Shown here: piece after piece, positions 1 through 9,775 of the stretch
How positions within the stretch are numbered: the first letter of the stretch is position 1
Layout of the letters: every line of letters begins with the position of its first letter
DNA from: a virus
Lineage: Duplodnaviria > Caudoviricetes
IMG/VR virus record: IMGVR_UViG_3300034407_003088
Location: 15,131 to 79,130 of that record
Length of the DNA: 64,000 bases
Direction: 5' to 3' (one strand)
The notes under the pieces: model-generated
Databases searched by the model: none
Told to the model about the DNA's origin: nothing
Seen by the model: the letters and a program-made list of their open reading frames with translations, nothing else
Made by a program: the position numbers and the translations under genes

Positions 1-48
1 AAGTACCATATCCTTCAGTCCAACTACACCCACAAGTTACTAAGTATT

Positions 49-720
49 TTAAAACTTTGGCCATAGTTTCTCCTTAAGTTTATCAAATAAATAATTAGCC
101 CATTTCTTATGATTGTTTGGATTTGGATGACCATTTTCTGCACCAATGTATTCTCCTGAATCAAATCTATGTCTTCCACCACAAAAATCTTCCCAACTTA
201 AATCAACAAAATTTTTAAAATTATTTGGAACCTCTTTTAATATACCAGAAGTAGTATCAAATAAAATGTAATCAAGGTTTCTAATCCTAAAAAATGATTC
301 TAATAAATGAATATCTCTAACAAACTTGTCTCTCATAATCTTTTCATTATAAAAATTTTCTACAAAATATTTCCAATGTTTTACATAATTTAATCCATGA
401 AGTTTTTTTTCATTTTCTATCAAATTTGGTTCTGTAAAACTCATCGGATGTCCCTTTTTCCACTCTTCTTCTTTATCATCCCATATGTCCCATCTAAAGT
501 AACCTGCAAAACCCAAAACAAATAAATGATTTTTTGGTTCATTTTCTAATACATAATCTATTGTTTGTCTAATTACCCAATCATTTGATGCACCACCCTC
601 TGCAACATTTAACTCTTCACACTCAAGTAAATTAGAAAGATGATAACTGAATACCTCATCTTTTTCAACCCCATGACCTTGTACCCAACTGGCACCATTT
701 ACATATATTTTATCGTACAT
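49..720 (-). CDS. SGNH/GDSL hydrolase-like protein
   Basis: N-terminal NGASW (GxS block I), GGASN block and C-terminal HPN motif typical of phage SGNH-fold proteins. Confidence 0.6.
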   Translation of the reverse strand: MYDKIYVNGASWVQGHGVEKDEVFSYHLSNLLECEELNVAEGGASNDWVIRQTIDYVLENEPKNHLFVLGFAGYFRWDIWDDKEEEWKKGHPMSFTEPNLIENEKKLHGLNYVKHWKYFVENFYNEKIMRDKFVRDIHLLESFFRIRNLDYILFDTTSGILKEVPNNFKNFVDLSWEDFCGGRHRFDSGEYIGAENGHPNPNNHKKWANYLFDKLKEKLWPKF

Positions 721-1354
721 TTTTAATTACCCTATAAAGTTTTCTAAAAAACATATTATTTGATTTTCTACCAGGATGTGTTTTGTTATTACCATAGTCT
801 TCATATTCTAACTTTATATCATTATCTAAATGTTGTGAATCTTCAACTGATAACAATACACTTGGTATATCTTTTAATAAAATTTTTGTTGACTCAATAT
901 AATTTTCACTCATACTTTTTAATTTTTCTTCACCAATTAATTTAATAAGTTTTTCCCATTTTGAACTCCATGGGCCACCTGGTTCCTCTATAAAATCAAA
1001 ACGATGATGATATGTGAAGTAAACAACTACACATTTTATATTTTTTATATTTGGTAATTCTCTCTTTAAAGTGTTATAAATATATTCATTTGAACACGAA
1101 CCTTGAGATAAATTAATTAAATTACAATTCATTTTTTCTGATAATCTATGTGACCAAGTATCTTCTATATTTAATCCTAATCCAAAAGTAAAGCTATCTC
1201 CAATCACAACTAAGTTATCATCATACCATTTATCTGTACCATCATATCTATATCCACTTTCATTAAAATGATAATCTGTTTTATTTGATGTATCACCTGC
1301 ATAATATTTAGTATGAGTATTTATTGGATGTTCTCTGTTACCTATGTATTTCAT
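710..1354 (-). CDS. SGNH/GDSL hydrolase-like protein
   Basis: VVIGDSFTFG nucleophile motif, NLSQGSCSN, C-terminal THPG. Confidence 0.7.
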   Translation of the reverse strand: MKYIGNREHPINTHTKYYAGDTSNKTDYHFNESGYRYDGTDKWYDDNLVVIGDSFTFGLGLNIEDTWSHRLSEKMNCNLINLSQGSCSNEYIYNTLKRELPNIKNIKCVVVYFTYHHRFDFIEEPGGPWSSKWEKLIKLIGEEKLKSMSENYIESTKILLKDIPSVLLSVEDSQHLDNDIKLEYEDYGNNKTHPGRKSNNMFFRKLYRVIKNVR

Positions 1355-2157
1355 TTTTTAAATTCACTCCCAAATGCAGGTAAGTCTTTTATACTTTCAT
1401 CTACTTGTGTCTCTACAGATTGTTCCTCTCCAATGGTCGTACCTTTATATCGTATACCATTATTATAGGAATCCATATTATACCCAACCTTTGATTTTGG
1501 TTTTTTCCAATGTAACCATTTGGATTGTGGTAAGTTAAACATTACATTACCACCAAAATATTCATATACAGATTTAATAACACCCGCGTGTATATTTGGA
1601 ATGATATCACCATTAATATGTTCATACCCAAACCCATCAATAGTATCCTGTTCCAAGTCTTCTTTACTAACTTCACTAATTCTATTTAGATAATAATCAC
1701 CTGAATAATCATCTCCACACATAAATCCATTTACCTTTAATTTAGGATAACCAAGTTCAATGTCTTTTTTAACTATAGAATATTCGTGTGCACCATCAAT
1801 ATGAAATATATCAATAGAATCGTCTTCAATATCTTTAATTAAATCATTTGAATTACCAACTCTTAAATCAATAACTTTTTTATTATCAGGATGAATATTA
1901 CTCCAAAATAATTTTTTATTTTCTTCAATATTATCTTCATCATATTTTATATCACTATCATCAGTTACAGAAATATTACCCTTAAACCAATCAATAACAA
2001 TTAATTCACCATTCCAATATCTAACCATCTCTGCAATCTGATTTGTTTCATGACCATTCCATGCACCAATCTGAACTACTCTAATGTTCTCTTTACCAAA
2101 AACATTAACTAATGATGATGTCCAATATACTTTTGTATGACCTATCATCTTACCCAC
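1351..2157 (-). CDS. Class I SAM-dependent methyltransferase (Methyltransf_24-like)
   Basis: QIGAWNG motif I; DIFHIDGAHEY..VKKDI...YPKLKVNGFMCGDDY. Confidence 0.8.
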   Translation of the reverse strand: MGKMIGHTKVYWTSSLVNVFGKENIRVVQIGAWNGHETNQIAEMVRYWNGELIVIDWFKGNISVTDDSDIKYDEDNIEENKKLFWSNIHPDNKKVIDLRVGNSNDLIKDIEDDSIDIFHIDGAHEYSIVKKDIELGYPKLKVNGFMCGDDYSGDYYLNRISEVSKEDLEQDTIDGFGYEHINGDIIPNIHAGVIKSVYEYFGGNVMFNLPQSKWLHWKKPKSKVGYNMDSYNNGIRYKGTTIGEEQSVETQVDESIKDLPAFGSEFKK

Positions 2158-3653
2158 TCGGTTAAAAACTTTAGATGATTTTCAAATACATTATGATAAA
2201 AATCATTAATAAAATATTCATGATTATACACCATTTCTTTCTTATGACTATAAGTCAATTTATGTAATTCTTCTTTTGGCATATCAGTCAATCTTTTGAT
2301 ATTATCATAAATCATTTTAATTCTTTTATGTCCATCTTTTTCTTCATCAAAACTATAATCAAACATCTTATCATATATTTTAAATCCTTGTTTTTGTAAC
2401 GCCCTAATACTTCCTGGTTCTGAAACAGGTATGAATGGTGTTCCAAGTGCAAGTGGTCTATAAATCTTTTCAGTAAATACAGGCCCACCAGTTATCCTAT
2501 CATTCTTAAACCCACCTGAATATGTTTCTGCACATACATCAAAGTATACATTTAAATAAGAAATAGGATTATAATAAGGCCCATATGTACTATCGTAATG
2601 TGTCAATGTTCTTTTACCTTCATCCTCTAATGCATGTTCATATGAATGTGCCAAAGTCATTCCATCTGTGATTCTTGCAGTAGTGTAATCTAAATTATCT
2701 AAAGTATCTTCTTGTTTTAATCCTACCATATCGTGTGATAAAGGTAATACATCTCTAATTACATCAATATATTTTCGTTTAAAATCACTTTGGTCTTTTA
2801 AACTACTATTTGCATGACATATTTCGTAAATATTAAAAGACCTATCTGCAAAAGATGCATCTCCCATTGATGGAAAAAATATATTACCATCCTCACCTAT
2901 ATCTTGAAATGAACAAAAACCTTTTTTATGAATTTCTGATTTTATTATTTCTGCCATCAATATAACTCTTGCAAGTCTTGGCATAAAATTATTAAACATA
3001 AAATGTTTTGGTCTTAAAAAATATTCTTGATTTACAATTAACCTTGACCATAAATTATCTTTTGCTAATTTTTCAAAAGATTCCCATGCATTATTCATAT
3101 GTAATGGTAATACTTTTACATTTATATCTTTAGAGTATTTTTCAAATAATTCATCAACAAGTTGGTCACCATCTGTATATAAAATTGAACTATGTGGTAT
3201 TTTTTCTTTATCAAGAAAGTTAACTAATTCACCTATTGTGTCATGTACAATTCGTTCTTCAGGTGTACAATCAAGCCATAGTTTTGCAACACCTTTTTTT
3301 AAATTCTCTACATGTTTACCATCAAGACCCTCGGTAATTAGATATTTTATTTGTCTTGTTGGGCCTGGTGATGATGAATCTGGTTGATATTCTACATAAA
3401 TCAAATAAGGTTCATTTGTATTTAAAGTATTCTCATCATGGTGAATTTTAAATTTTTCACCACCACCATCAAAATAATAAAACATTTGTGATAGTGCATT
3501 ACCATATTTTTGTTCATCATCTACAGGATATAAATAATCATGGGTATCAAATTCTTCATTTAAATGTGTACTTTTTCTTGGTGGTTTACCAGACCTAAAT
3601 TCATTAAAACTAAGTTCTTGTGATGAGTATTTGAATGCTAATATATTAATCAT
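2145..3653 (-). CDS. Conserved phage protein with GT-B/GT10-like C-terminus
   Basis: AETY...FTEKIYRPLALGTPFI resembles the GT10 E...TEK signature; start refined to ATG 3653 (AGGA upstream). Confidence 0.4.
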   Translation of the reverse strand: MINILAFKYSSQELSFNEFRSGKPPRKSTHLNEEFDTHDYLYPVDDEQKYGNALSQMFYYFDGGGEKFKIHHDENTLNTNEPYLIYVEYQPDSSSPGPTRQIKYLITEGLDGKHVENLKKGVAKLWLDCTPEERIVHDTIGELVNFLDKEKIPHSSILYTDGDQLVDELFEKYSKDINVKVLPLHMNNAWESFEKLAKDNLWSRLIVNQEYFLRPKHFMFNNFMPRLARVILMAEIIKSEIHKKGFCSFQDIGEDGNIFFPSMGDASFADRSFNIYEICHANSSLKDQSDFKRKYIDVIRDVLPLSHDMVGLKQEDTLDNLDYTTARITDGMTLAHSYEHALEDEGKRTLTHYDSTYGPYYNPISYLNVYFDVCAETYSGGFKNDRITGGPVFTEKIYRPLALGTPFIPVSEPGSIRALQKQGFKIYDKMFDYSFDEEKDGHKRIKMIYDNIKRLTDMPKEELHKLTYSHKKEMVYNHEYFINDFYHNVFENHLKFLTEWVR

Positions 3654-3661
3654 AATTTTTC

Positions 3662-4354
3662 CTAAAACATTACCCAAGTACCAGTACCATGGTGTGGATA
3701 ATCACTTTTGTATTGATAATAAAAAACATCTTCAGGTACCTCTTGTTTCTTACCCCAAGTTTCTTCTGTTGGTGTATTGGTGGATAAGTTATTATCCTCA
3801 ATAACAAACTCTATTGGTAAATTATTATTACGAGAGTATTTATAAACTTCATGAAATATACCACTTTCAAATGTCATATCACCAATGAAACACCATACCT
3901 TTGGTAATTTATCCTCTATAGTTTTTTCATTTTTGAGTTTTATAGATTTTGCAACTCCTAATGCTATTGGTAATCCACCACCCACAATAGAAGTTGAGTA
4001 AAACTTTCTCTGATAATTAAGTGGTGGTTGTGTTTCATCTTCACTATAGAAATGATTTACACTCATACTCTTACCATGTACAATATCACCCATTAAAGTA
4101 TTACTATCAATACCATGAAGTAGTGCATGATAATGATTTCTCCAACTACTAAATACCCAATCTCTGTCACTTACATACTGAAATATTTCAATCAGTTGTT
4201 CTTCGTTATTTGAACTTAAATGTACAGGTGCTTTAATTTCACCATCATTATATTTTTGCTTGACTTCTTTCTCAAAGTTTATTAAATTATCTTTGGTTAA
4301 AGTTACCTCTCTAACCTTTCCACCCTCTATAATATGTTTAGGTATCTGTACCAT
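3662..4354 (-). CDS. TPP-dependent dehydrogenase E1 alpha-like subunit
   Basis: WRNHYHALLHG, SIVGGGLPIALGVA and the TPP-binding GDM...EDNN motif; start refined to ATG 4354. Confidence 0.85.
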   Translation of the reverse strand: MVQIPKHIIEGGKVREVTLTKDNLINFEKEVKQKYNDGEIKAPVHLSSNNEEQLIEIFQYVSDRDWVFSSWRNHYHALLHGIDSNTLMGDIVHGKSMSVNHFYSEDETQPPLNYQRKFYSTSIVGGGLPIALGVAKSIKLKNEKTIEDKLPKVWCFIGDMTFESGIFHEVYKYSRNNNLPIEFVIEDNNLSTNTPTEETWGKKQEVPEDVFYYQYKSDYPHHGTGTWVMF

Positions 4355-4856
4355 TTTTATCCCTCTCACTTAATATTGGATTGTCTATTGGCCAATTTAT
4401 TTTTAACATTGGGTCATTCCATCTGACTGATGTTTGTTCTTCCCAATCTACATAATCGTCAGGATAGGATTGAGTATAATGAAATACACATTCATCTGAT
4501 AAACACAGATGTCCATTTAGAAAACCTGGTGGAACCAATACACTTTTACAATTTTTGTCATCTAATGTAAAACTATCCCACTCCAAATAAGTTGGACTAT
4601 CTTCACGATAATCAACAACTACTAAATAAAATGCACCATAAACACAAGTGATATGTTTCCAAGTTACATCATCTCCATGTAAACCACGAAGTACATTTTT
4701 TCTTGAGTTTGTAAATTTAGAGATTTTGTGTTTGGGTGTGTCCCAAGGCCATTCCCAATTTGTCCACATTGTTCCACGATAATCTGTTTGTGTTTCTGGT
4801 TGAAATATCTTAATATCTTTTAAGATTTCACTTCTCCATGATGAATAATTAAACAT
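4338..4856 (-). CDS. rfbC: dTDP-4-dehydrorhamnose 3,5-epimerase family cupin
   Basis: DYRG, NVLRGLHG, VVVDYREDSPTY, VPPGFLNGH, ILSERD motifs. Confidence 0.9.
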   Translation of the reverse strand: MFNYSSWRSEILKDIKIFQPETQTDYRGTMWTNWEWPWDTPKHKISKFTNSRKNVLRGLHGDDVTWKHITCVYGAFYLVVVDYREDSPTYLEWDSFTLDDKNCKSVLVPPGFLNGHLCLSDECVFHYTQSYPDDYVDWEEQTSVRWNDPMLKINWPIDNPILSERDKNGTDT

Positions 4857-5821
4857 TATAATGATGCTCCATAACTTAATGGAAACGCATTTCTATAGTG
4901 TGAACTTTCATGTGGAACAATCATTTGATATGCCTTTATCAATTCTTCTATCCCATTGTCTAAACTAAAGTTTGGTTTCCATCCTGTTGATTCTATTTTT
5001 TTATTACTTACTATGTAATCTCTTTTATCAGGGTCTACAAAATAATCTGAATAGGTTACCGAAGTATCAGGAATATATTTTTGTATTCTCTCTACTAATT
5101 GTTTCTTATTTATATTTGTATCTGATAATCCTACATTGAATATCTCGTTTTGATATTCATTATATTTTAATGTCATATAACTAAATACTGATGCCACATC
5201 TTGAATATGAACAAAATTACGAACAAATTCTTTTTCAAATATAGTAATATATTTATCGGTCAATAATTTATAAACAAACTCATTAACTAATAAATCTAAT
5301 CTCATACGACTTGACACACCAAATACGGTTGCCAATCTAAAAGTTATTCCATTACTATTGTTCTTTATATAATCTTCTGAATTACACTTTGTAATACCAT
5401 AATGACTGATTGGTGTTAGTGAATTTGTCTCATCTACTTCACCTTTATTTGTTCTACTACCATAACCACTATTAGTATTTGGATAGAGTATTTGTTGATT
5501 TGGTGATAAATTATCTACGATATTTTTGATTTGATTAAAATTGACATCGGTTGCAAGTTGTTTGTCCTTTTCACAACTTGGAAAACCGACAAGAGCGGCA
5601 AGTGGAATAATAACATCATGTGTTTTTACTTGTTCAAGTAATAAGTTTTTGTCACGAACATCACCATAGATAAAATTAAAACCTGGTTTACCAAATAAAT
5701 CTAATAATGATGTTTGATTATACATCAAATTATCAATCACGGTAACCTCGTGATGTAACATTAGTTGTCTTGTGATAACTGAACCTAAATATCCAGCTCC
5801 ACCTGTTATTAATATTCGCAT
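4856..5821 (-). CDS. NAD-dependent NDP-sugar epimerase/dehydratase (WcaG-like extended SDR)
   Basis: ITGGAGYLG Rossmann motif and YGITK (YxxxK); true start ATG 5821 with GGAGG 7 nt upstream. Confidence 0.92.
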   Translation of the reverse strand: MRILITGGAGYLGSVITRQLMLHHEVTVIDNLMYNQTSLLDLFGKPGFNFIYGDVRDKNLLLEQVKTHDVIIPLAALVGFPSCEKDKQLATDVNFNQIKNIVDNLSPNQQILYPNTNSGYGSRTNKGEVDETNSLTPISHYGITKCNSEDYIKNNSNGITFRLATVFGVSSRMRLDLLVNEFVYKLLTDKYITIFEKEFVRNFVHIQDVASVFSYMTLKYNEYQNEIFNVGLSDTNINKKQLVERIQKYIPDTSVTYSDYFVDPDKRDYIVSNKKIESTGWKPNFSLDNGIEELIKAYQMIVPHESSHYRNAFPLSYGASL

Positions 5822-5846
5822 AAAAAAGCCTCCAATAAATAGAGGC
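5822..5846 (-). promoter_or_regulatory. Hairpin GCCTC-9nt-GAGGC plus T6, sequestering the GGAGG SD (attenuator or terminator-like)
   Basis: Minus strand reads GCCTCTATTTATTGGAGGCTTTTTTATG. Confidence 0.6.
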
Positions 5847-5938
5847 ATCTATAATAGTAAAACTATTTAAATGCCACCCTTGTTTTATAGTCTAAAGTAG
5901 TGGGTTAGGACTTTCTCCGAAGAGTGTTAGCACTACCT
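5844..5938 (-). ncRNA. Candidate structured cis-regulatory leader RNA
   Basis: AGGUAGUG/CACUACUU stem enclosing a CUC-UUCG-GAG hairpin, followed by a GGCAU...AUGCC hairpin that overlaps the SD hairpin. Confidence 0.4.
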
Positions 5939-5954
5939 GACTTATATATAAGTA

Positions 5955-6740
5955 TTAGTAATCATTAAAATTATCACTATATTTTAATAACTCAAAATCT
6001 TTTTTACACAACCTACTAACTATTTCTATTGTGTTATCATTATAGTAATCTTTCCAACTTGGTAAATATTTTTGTGATGGATTTTTAGATTCTTCTAATG
6101 TTCTACCATCATATAAATTATAATCTTTGAGTGGCAAATGTCCTTCATCGTTAAAAATTTTATTAAAGGTTTCTGATTCATGAACTTTTGATAATTTTAT
6201 AAGTTCAAATTCATCTGTGGGCATGTTACTAAATTCATTCCACATTGGATGTGCATGACTATCATGTATTTCACCTTTATCAAATCTTATACACCATTCT
6301 TCAAAACTTTCTTGCCAATCTTGTTGAGTCATATCTTCTAAAGTAGTCTTGAGTTTTATAGGTTTATATGTACTATAATCATCAATGACATCATATAAAT
6401 AGAATATTTCACCATCATTGTTATGTCTATGTTGTTCACTAATTTTTTGACCAAATGTCCAACAAGATAAAAATCGTTCATATGGATTTCTTGTGATACA
6501 TATTTTGTGTAGATTATTCCATACCTCTTTATCTATAGAGTTATACACCCAAGAAGTCCTTAATGGATGACCTTCTATTTCTAAATGTGTATCAACATAA
6601 GACCATTTTATACAATCTCCGATATAAGTAGAACCTGCTTTATTACCAACTATAATTACTGAATTTAATATTGAATCTGTTTCTTGTAGATTATTATGGG
6701 TGTCCATATAAAATCTTTGTTTTAGTGTTAAATAAATCAT
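5955..6740 (-). CDS. Sulfotransferase family 2-like protein
   Basis: KAGSTY (5'-PSB) and RNPYERFLS (3'-PB) motifs; typical YY...DF..LKY terminus. Confidence 0.75.
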   Translation of the reverse strand: MIYLTLKQRFYMDTHNNLQETDSILNSVIIVGNKAGSTYIGDCIKWSYVDTHLEIEGHPLRTSWVYNSIDKEVWNNLHKICITRNPYERFLSCWTFGQKISEQHRHNNDGEIFYLYDVIDDYSTYKPIKLKTTLEDMTQQDWQESFEEWCIRFDKGEIHDSHAHPMWNEFSNMPTDEFELIKLSKVHESETFNKIFNDEGHLPLKDYNLYDGRTLEESKNPSQKYLPSWKDYYNDNTIEIVSRLCKKDFELLKYSDNFNDY

Positions 6741-6741
6741 A

Positions 6742-8223
6742 TTAAAATACCTTTACATTATATTTTTTTTCAAATAAAACTCCATCTTGATAGGAATTTA
6801 CAATTGGTTGACCTTTGATGTTTAATGATGTATTCAATACCATTGGACAACCTGTCTCTTGATAAAATTTTTTTATCAAATTGTAATAACCGATGTTATC
6901 TTCTTTACTTACGGTTTGAACTCTTGATGTTCCATCCACATGACATATCGCAGGATACTTATCAGGATACTTACACTTTGCAACATACTGCATAAACTGA
7001 GATTTCTTTGTAGGCATTTCAAATATCTCGTGTGCATGTTCCTCTAATACACTTGGTGCAAATGGTCTGAACTTCTGTCTGTTTTTAATCTCGTTCATTT
7101 GGTCTTTTATATTTGTCCCTCGTGGGTCTGCCAATAAACTACGATTACCCAATGCTCTTGGCCCAAACTCTGCTCTACCATTTGCAACACCAACTATGTT
7201 ACCCTTTAGTAACTCACCCATTACCTCTTTTATTGGATACTCTCCCTTGATATTATATCCAAGAAAACAATTATTAAAATTTATATGTTCACCTAAGATT
7301 GAAGATGCACACCCTAATGAACTACCACCATCACCAGGATTAGGTAATATCCAAAGATTAGGATACTTCTCAACAATCAAACTATTTGCCACACAATTCA
7401 ATGCAACTCCACCACCATAACAATAGTTATCAGTTTCAGGAACTACTTCTTTTGCCTTTTCAAATATTTTTAGGATTTCCTCTTCACATATCGCCTGAAC
7501 ATTTGCCGCGATAGTGAACTTCCATTCATCTGAACCATCGTCTGGATAATAAACACTATCCCAACCTAAACAACCTCTATGTAGATTTTCTTTTAATTTT
7601 AAGTCAAGTCCTTTAACAAAGAAATCATCATACAACTCACTCATTATATTTCTATCTAACTTACCCCATGCAGCCATTCCCATAAGAATGTATTCATCTT
7701 CTTGTGGTTTCAATCCTAATCGTTGTGTCATGGCACTATACCAAAGACCAAGTGAGTTTGGATAATTTACAGAATATCTTTTCTCAAAGTGTGAACCCCA
7801 TGCATACCAAATTGTTAAAGTTTCCCATTCACCAATGGCATCAATAGTAATAATACATGCCTCATCATATGGACTTGAGTAGTAACTTGCAGCTGCATGA
7901 CTTTCGTGGTGTCCAACATAATGGTCAATCTTATCAATACCAAATTGTTTCAGATATTGTGATGGTAAGTTTCCACTTTGAAATACTTCACCATATTGTC
8001 CTGCCCACAATTGTCTTGATTTCTTTAACCAAGGTTTTTCAAACCAAACAACCTTATCCCACTTACCATATCTTTTGGCATCAGAAATCATCTCTTGAGT
8101 TAATAAGTGGTCATTTTTTATACCACTATATCTTTCCGAGTGTCCTGCAAACAATATCTCCTTACCATCAAGTAAAGTGATACATGCGTCATGGTTCAGT
8201 GCGTTAATTCCTAATATCTTCAT
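6742..8223 (-). CDS. Carbamoyltransferase (NodU/CmcH family)
   Basis: HDA, HHESHAA, GGVALNCVAN, EFGPRALGNRSLLADPR, RQKFRPFAP, LNTSLN. Confidence 0.95.
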   Translation of the reverse strand: MKILGINALNHDACITLLDGKEILFAGHSERYSGIKNDHLLTQEMISDAKRYGKWDKVVWFEKPWLKKSRQLWAGQYGEVFQSGNLPSQYLKQFGIDKIDHYVGHHESHAAASYYSSPYDEACIITIDAIGEWETLTIWYAWGSHFEKRYSVNYPNSLGLWYSAMTQRLGLKPQEDEYILMGMAAWGKLDRNIMSELYDDFFVKGLDLKLKENLHRGCLGWDSVYYPDDGSDEWKFTIAANVQAICEEEILKIFEKAKEVVPETDNYCYGGGVALNCVANSLIVEKYPNLWILPNPGDGGSSLGCASSILGEHINFNNCFLGYNIKGEYPIKEVMGELLKGNIVGVANGRAEFGPRALGNRSLLADPRGTNIKDQMNEIKNRQKFRPFAPSVLEEHAHEIFEMPTKKSQFMQYVAKCKYPDKYPAICHVDGTSRVQTVSKEDNIGYYNLIKKFYQETGCPMVLNTSLNIKGQPIVNSYQDGVLFEKKYNVKVF

Positions 8224-8320
8224 TTATAAATAAACGGGTCTCTTTTTTTAATCTCACGAAGTCTCTTTTTAAAAAGATACCATCTTTTAATTTTATTGTA
8301 ATATTTTTTTAATAACTTTA

Positions 8321-9775
8321 TCATATAACATCACCTTTTTTAATTTTAGAACACTCGTCCCAAAATTGTTTTAATTCAGGAAACACTCCTAATATATTAG
8401 TGTTTCTTCTTTTATCATGATTAGTAAAAAACTTATAAAAGTCATATCTGTTTCTGTTTAGTGTTTTTTCAGGTATATCTGATTTTGACCAATCATAAAT
8501 TCTTTGTAGTTTTTCCATTTCCATGTGTGAAAACACATCATCAGGCTTGTCTTCAAAACCTTTTTTGTGAATCTCTCTCATCAATTCAACTTGTTTTTTT
8601 ATCAACTCTTTAAATTCATCTGATAGTATTTGTACACTTTGATGAGATGGATGTCTTAAATACGAGATATCTGCAACTACCGCATTAGGTGTATATCTAT
8701 CTTTTGAATTAAACTTGTCTTTTAATAAATAGAGTTGTTCAATGAATATATCAAAATTAAATACACTAAGTGCATTATAAGTTACCATAAAAGTTAATGA
8801 TGGTTTTTTCAACTCGGTTAAAGTTCTCTCACAATTTTTCCAAAACTTTCTATAATTTAATCCATGTCTAATGTACTCTGCTTTCTTTCCCCAACCATCA
8901 ATACTTGTGAATATTTGAAAATCTTTTACTAATCCCTTTTCTGTAATAATCTTAACTTTCTCAATAAACTTATCCATCAATTCATCTGGTGCACCCATAT
9001 TAGTATTTACTGATAACACAAGATTCTTATTTGGTTTATCAGTTTCTATAATGTAATCTAATACTTTAAATGTATCTCTTGATAACAATGGTTCTCCACC
9101 TGTAATTCTGAATGTGTGTAAATCTTGATAAAGGTCTGGCCACCATTTCCAAAATGCCTCTACATAAGGATTTGGTTCATCCTTTGGAATTGGTAACAAG
9201 TCCATTTCTTTTAGTCCACCCAATGAATTAAATTTAGTAGTAGTTGGATAACCACCATGTTTTTTTACCTCTTGCATCCATTGTGTTGAAATGTGTGGTG
9301 CACAATAACTACATTTAAAATTACATGCACTTGAAAATACAACTTCTACATATGTTGGATTTACATTTTCTCTCCAATCAAGTAAATAGTTTTTACCATC
9401 TTTCTTATGTTGAAGTTTATTCCAAAATGGTTTTGCCCATGGTTCATTACTTTTTAATATTCTATCACTAAATACATCACTATTGTCTTCTACATTCCAA
9501 CAATAATCACATTCGGATGGTCTTTGGTCGGTTAACATTTCTTTACGAGCATGTTTTTTATACCAAGTATTGTGTAGTGCACTTGGATTCTTTTTAATTT
9601 CTTCCAAAGGTATTTTATGTGTTCTTGGATGATGACATGAATGTGTATGTCCATTTTGTAGATGAATAGTAACTTGCATCCATTTTGCAACACACATTCC
9701 ACAACCAACCGAATCTAATCTCCCTTTGGTTTTATTTAACTCATGGATATCTTTCTGTGCTTGTGTTATTGCCAT
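8321..9775 (-). CDS. Radical SAM protein with N-terminal twitch-type Cys cluster
   Basis: CNFKCSYC (CxxxCxxC), ITGGEPLL; N-terminal C...SCHH...CDYCW. Confidence 0.9.
   Translation of the reverse strand: MAITQAQKDIHELNKTKGRLDSVGCGMCVAKWMQVTIHLQNGHTHSCHHPRTHKIPLEEIKKNPSALHNTWYKKHARKEMLTDQRPSECDYCWNVEDNSDVFSDRILKSNEPWAKPFWNKLQHKKDGKNYLLDWRENVNPTYVEVVFSSACNFKCSYCAPHISTQWMQEVKKHGGYPTTTKFNSLGGLKEMDLLPIPKDEPNPYVEAFWKWWPDLYQDLHTFRITGGEPLLSRDTFKVLDYIIETDKPNKNLVLSVNTNMGAPDELMDKFIEKVKIITEKGLVKDFQIFTSIDGWGKKAEYIRHGLNYRKFWKNCERTLTELKKPSLTFMVTYNALSVFNFDIFIEQLYLLKDKFNSKDRYTPNAVVADISYLRHPSHQSVQILSDEFKELIKKQVELMREIHKKGFEDKPDDVFSHMEMEKLQRIYDWSKSDIPEKTLNRNRYDFYKFFTNHDKRRNTNILGVFPELKQFWDECSKIKKGDVI

Noticed and set aside
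3662-4354. Pyruvate dehydrogenase auxiliary metabolic gene
   Set aside because: Short alpha-only protein in an NDP-sugar operon with no E1b, E2 or E3 nearby.
5895-5938. tRNA gene
   Set aside because: Too short, with no cloverleaf, T-loop or anticodon arm; no tRNA or rRNA was recognised anywhere in the window.
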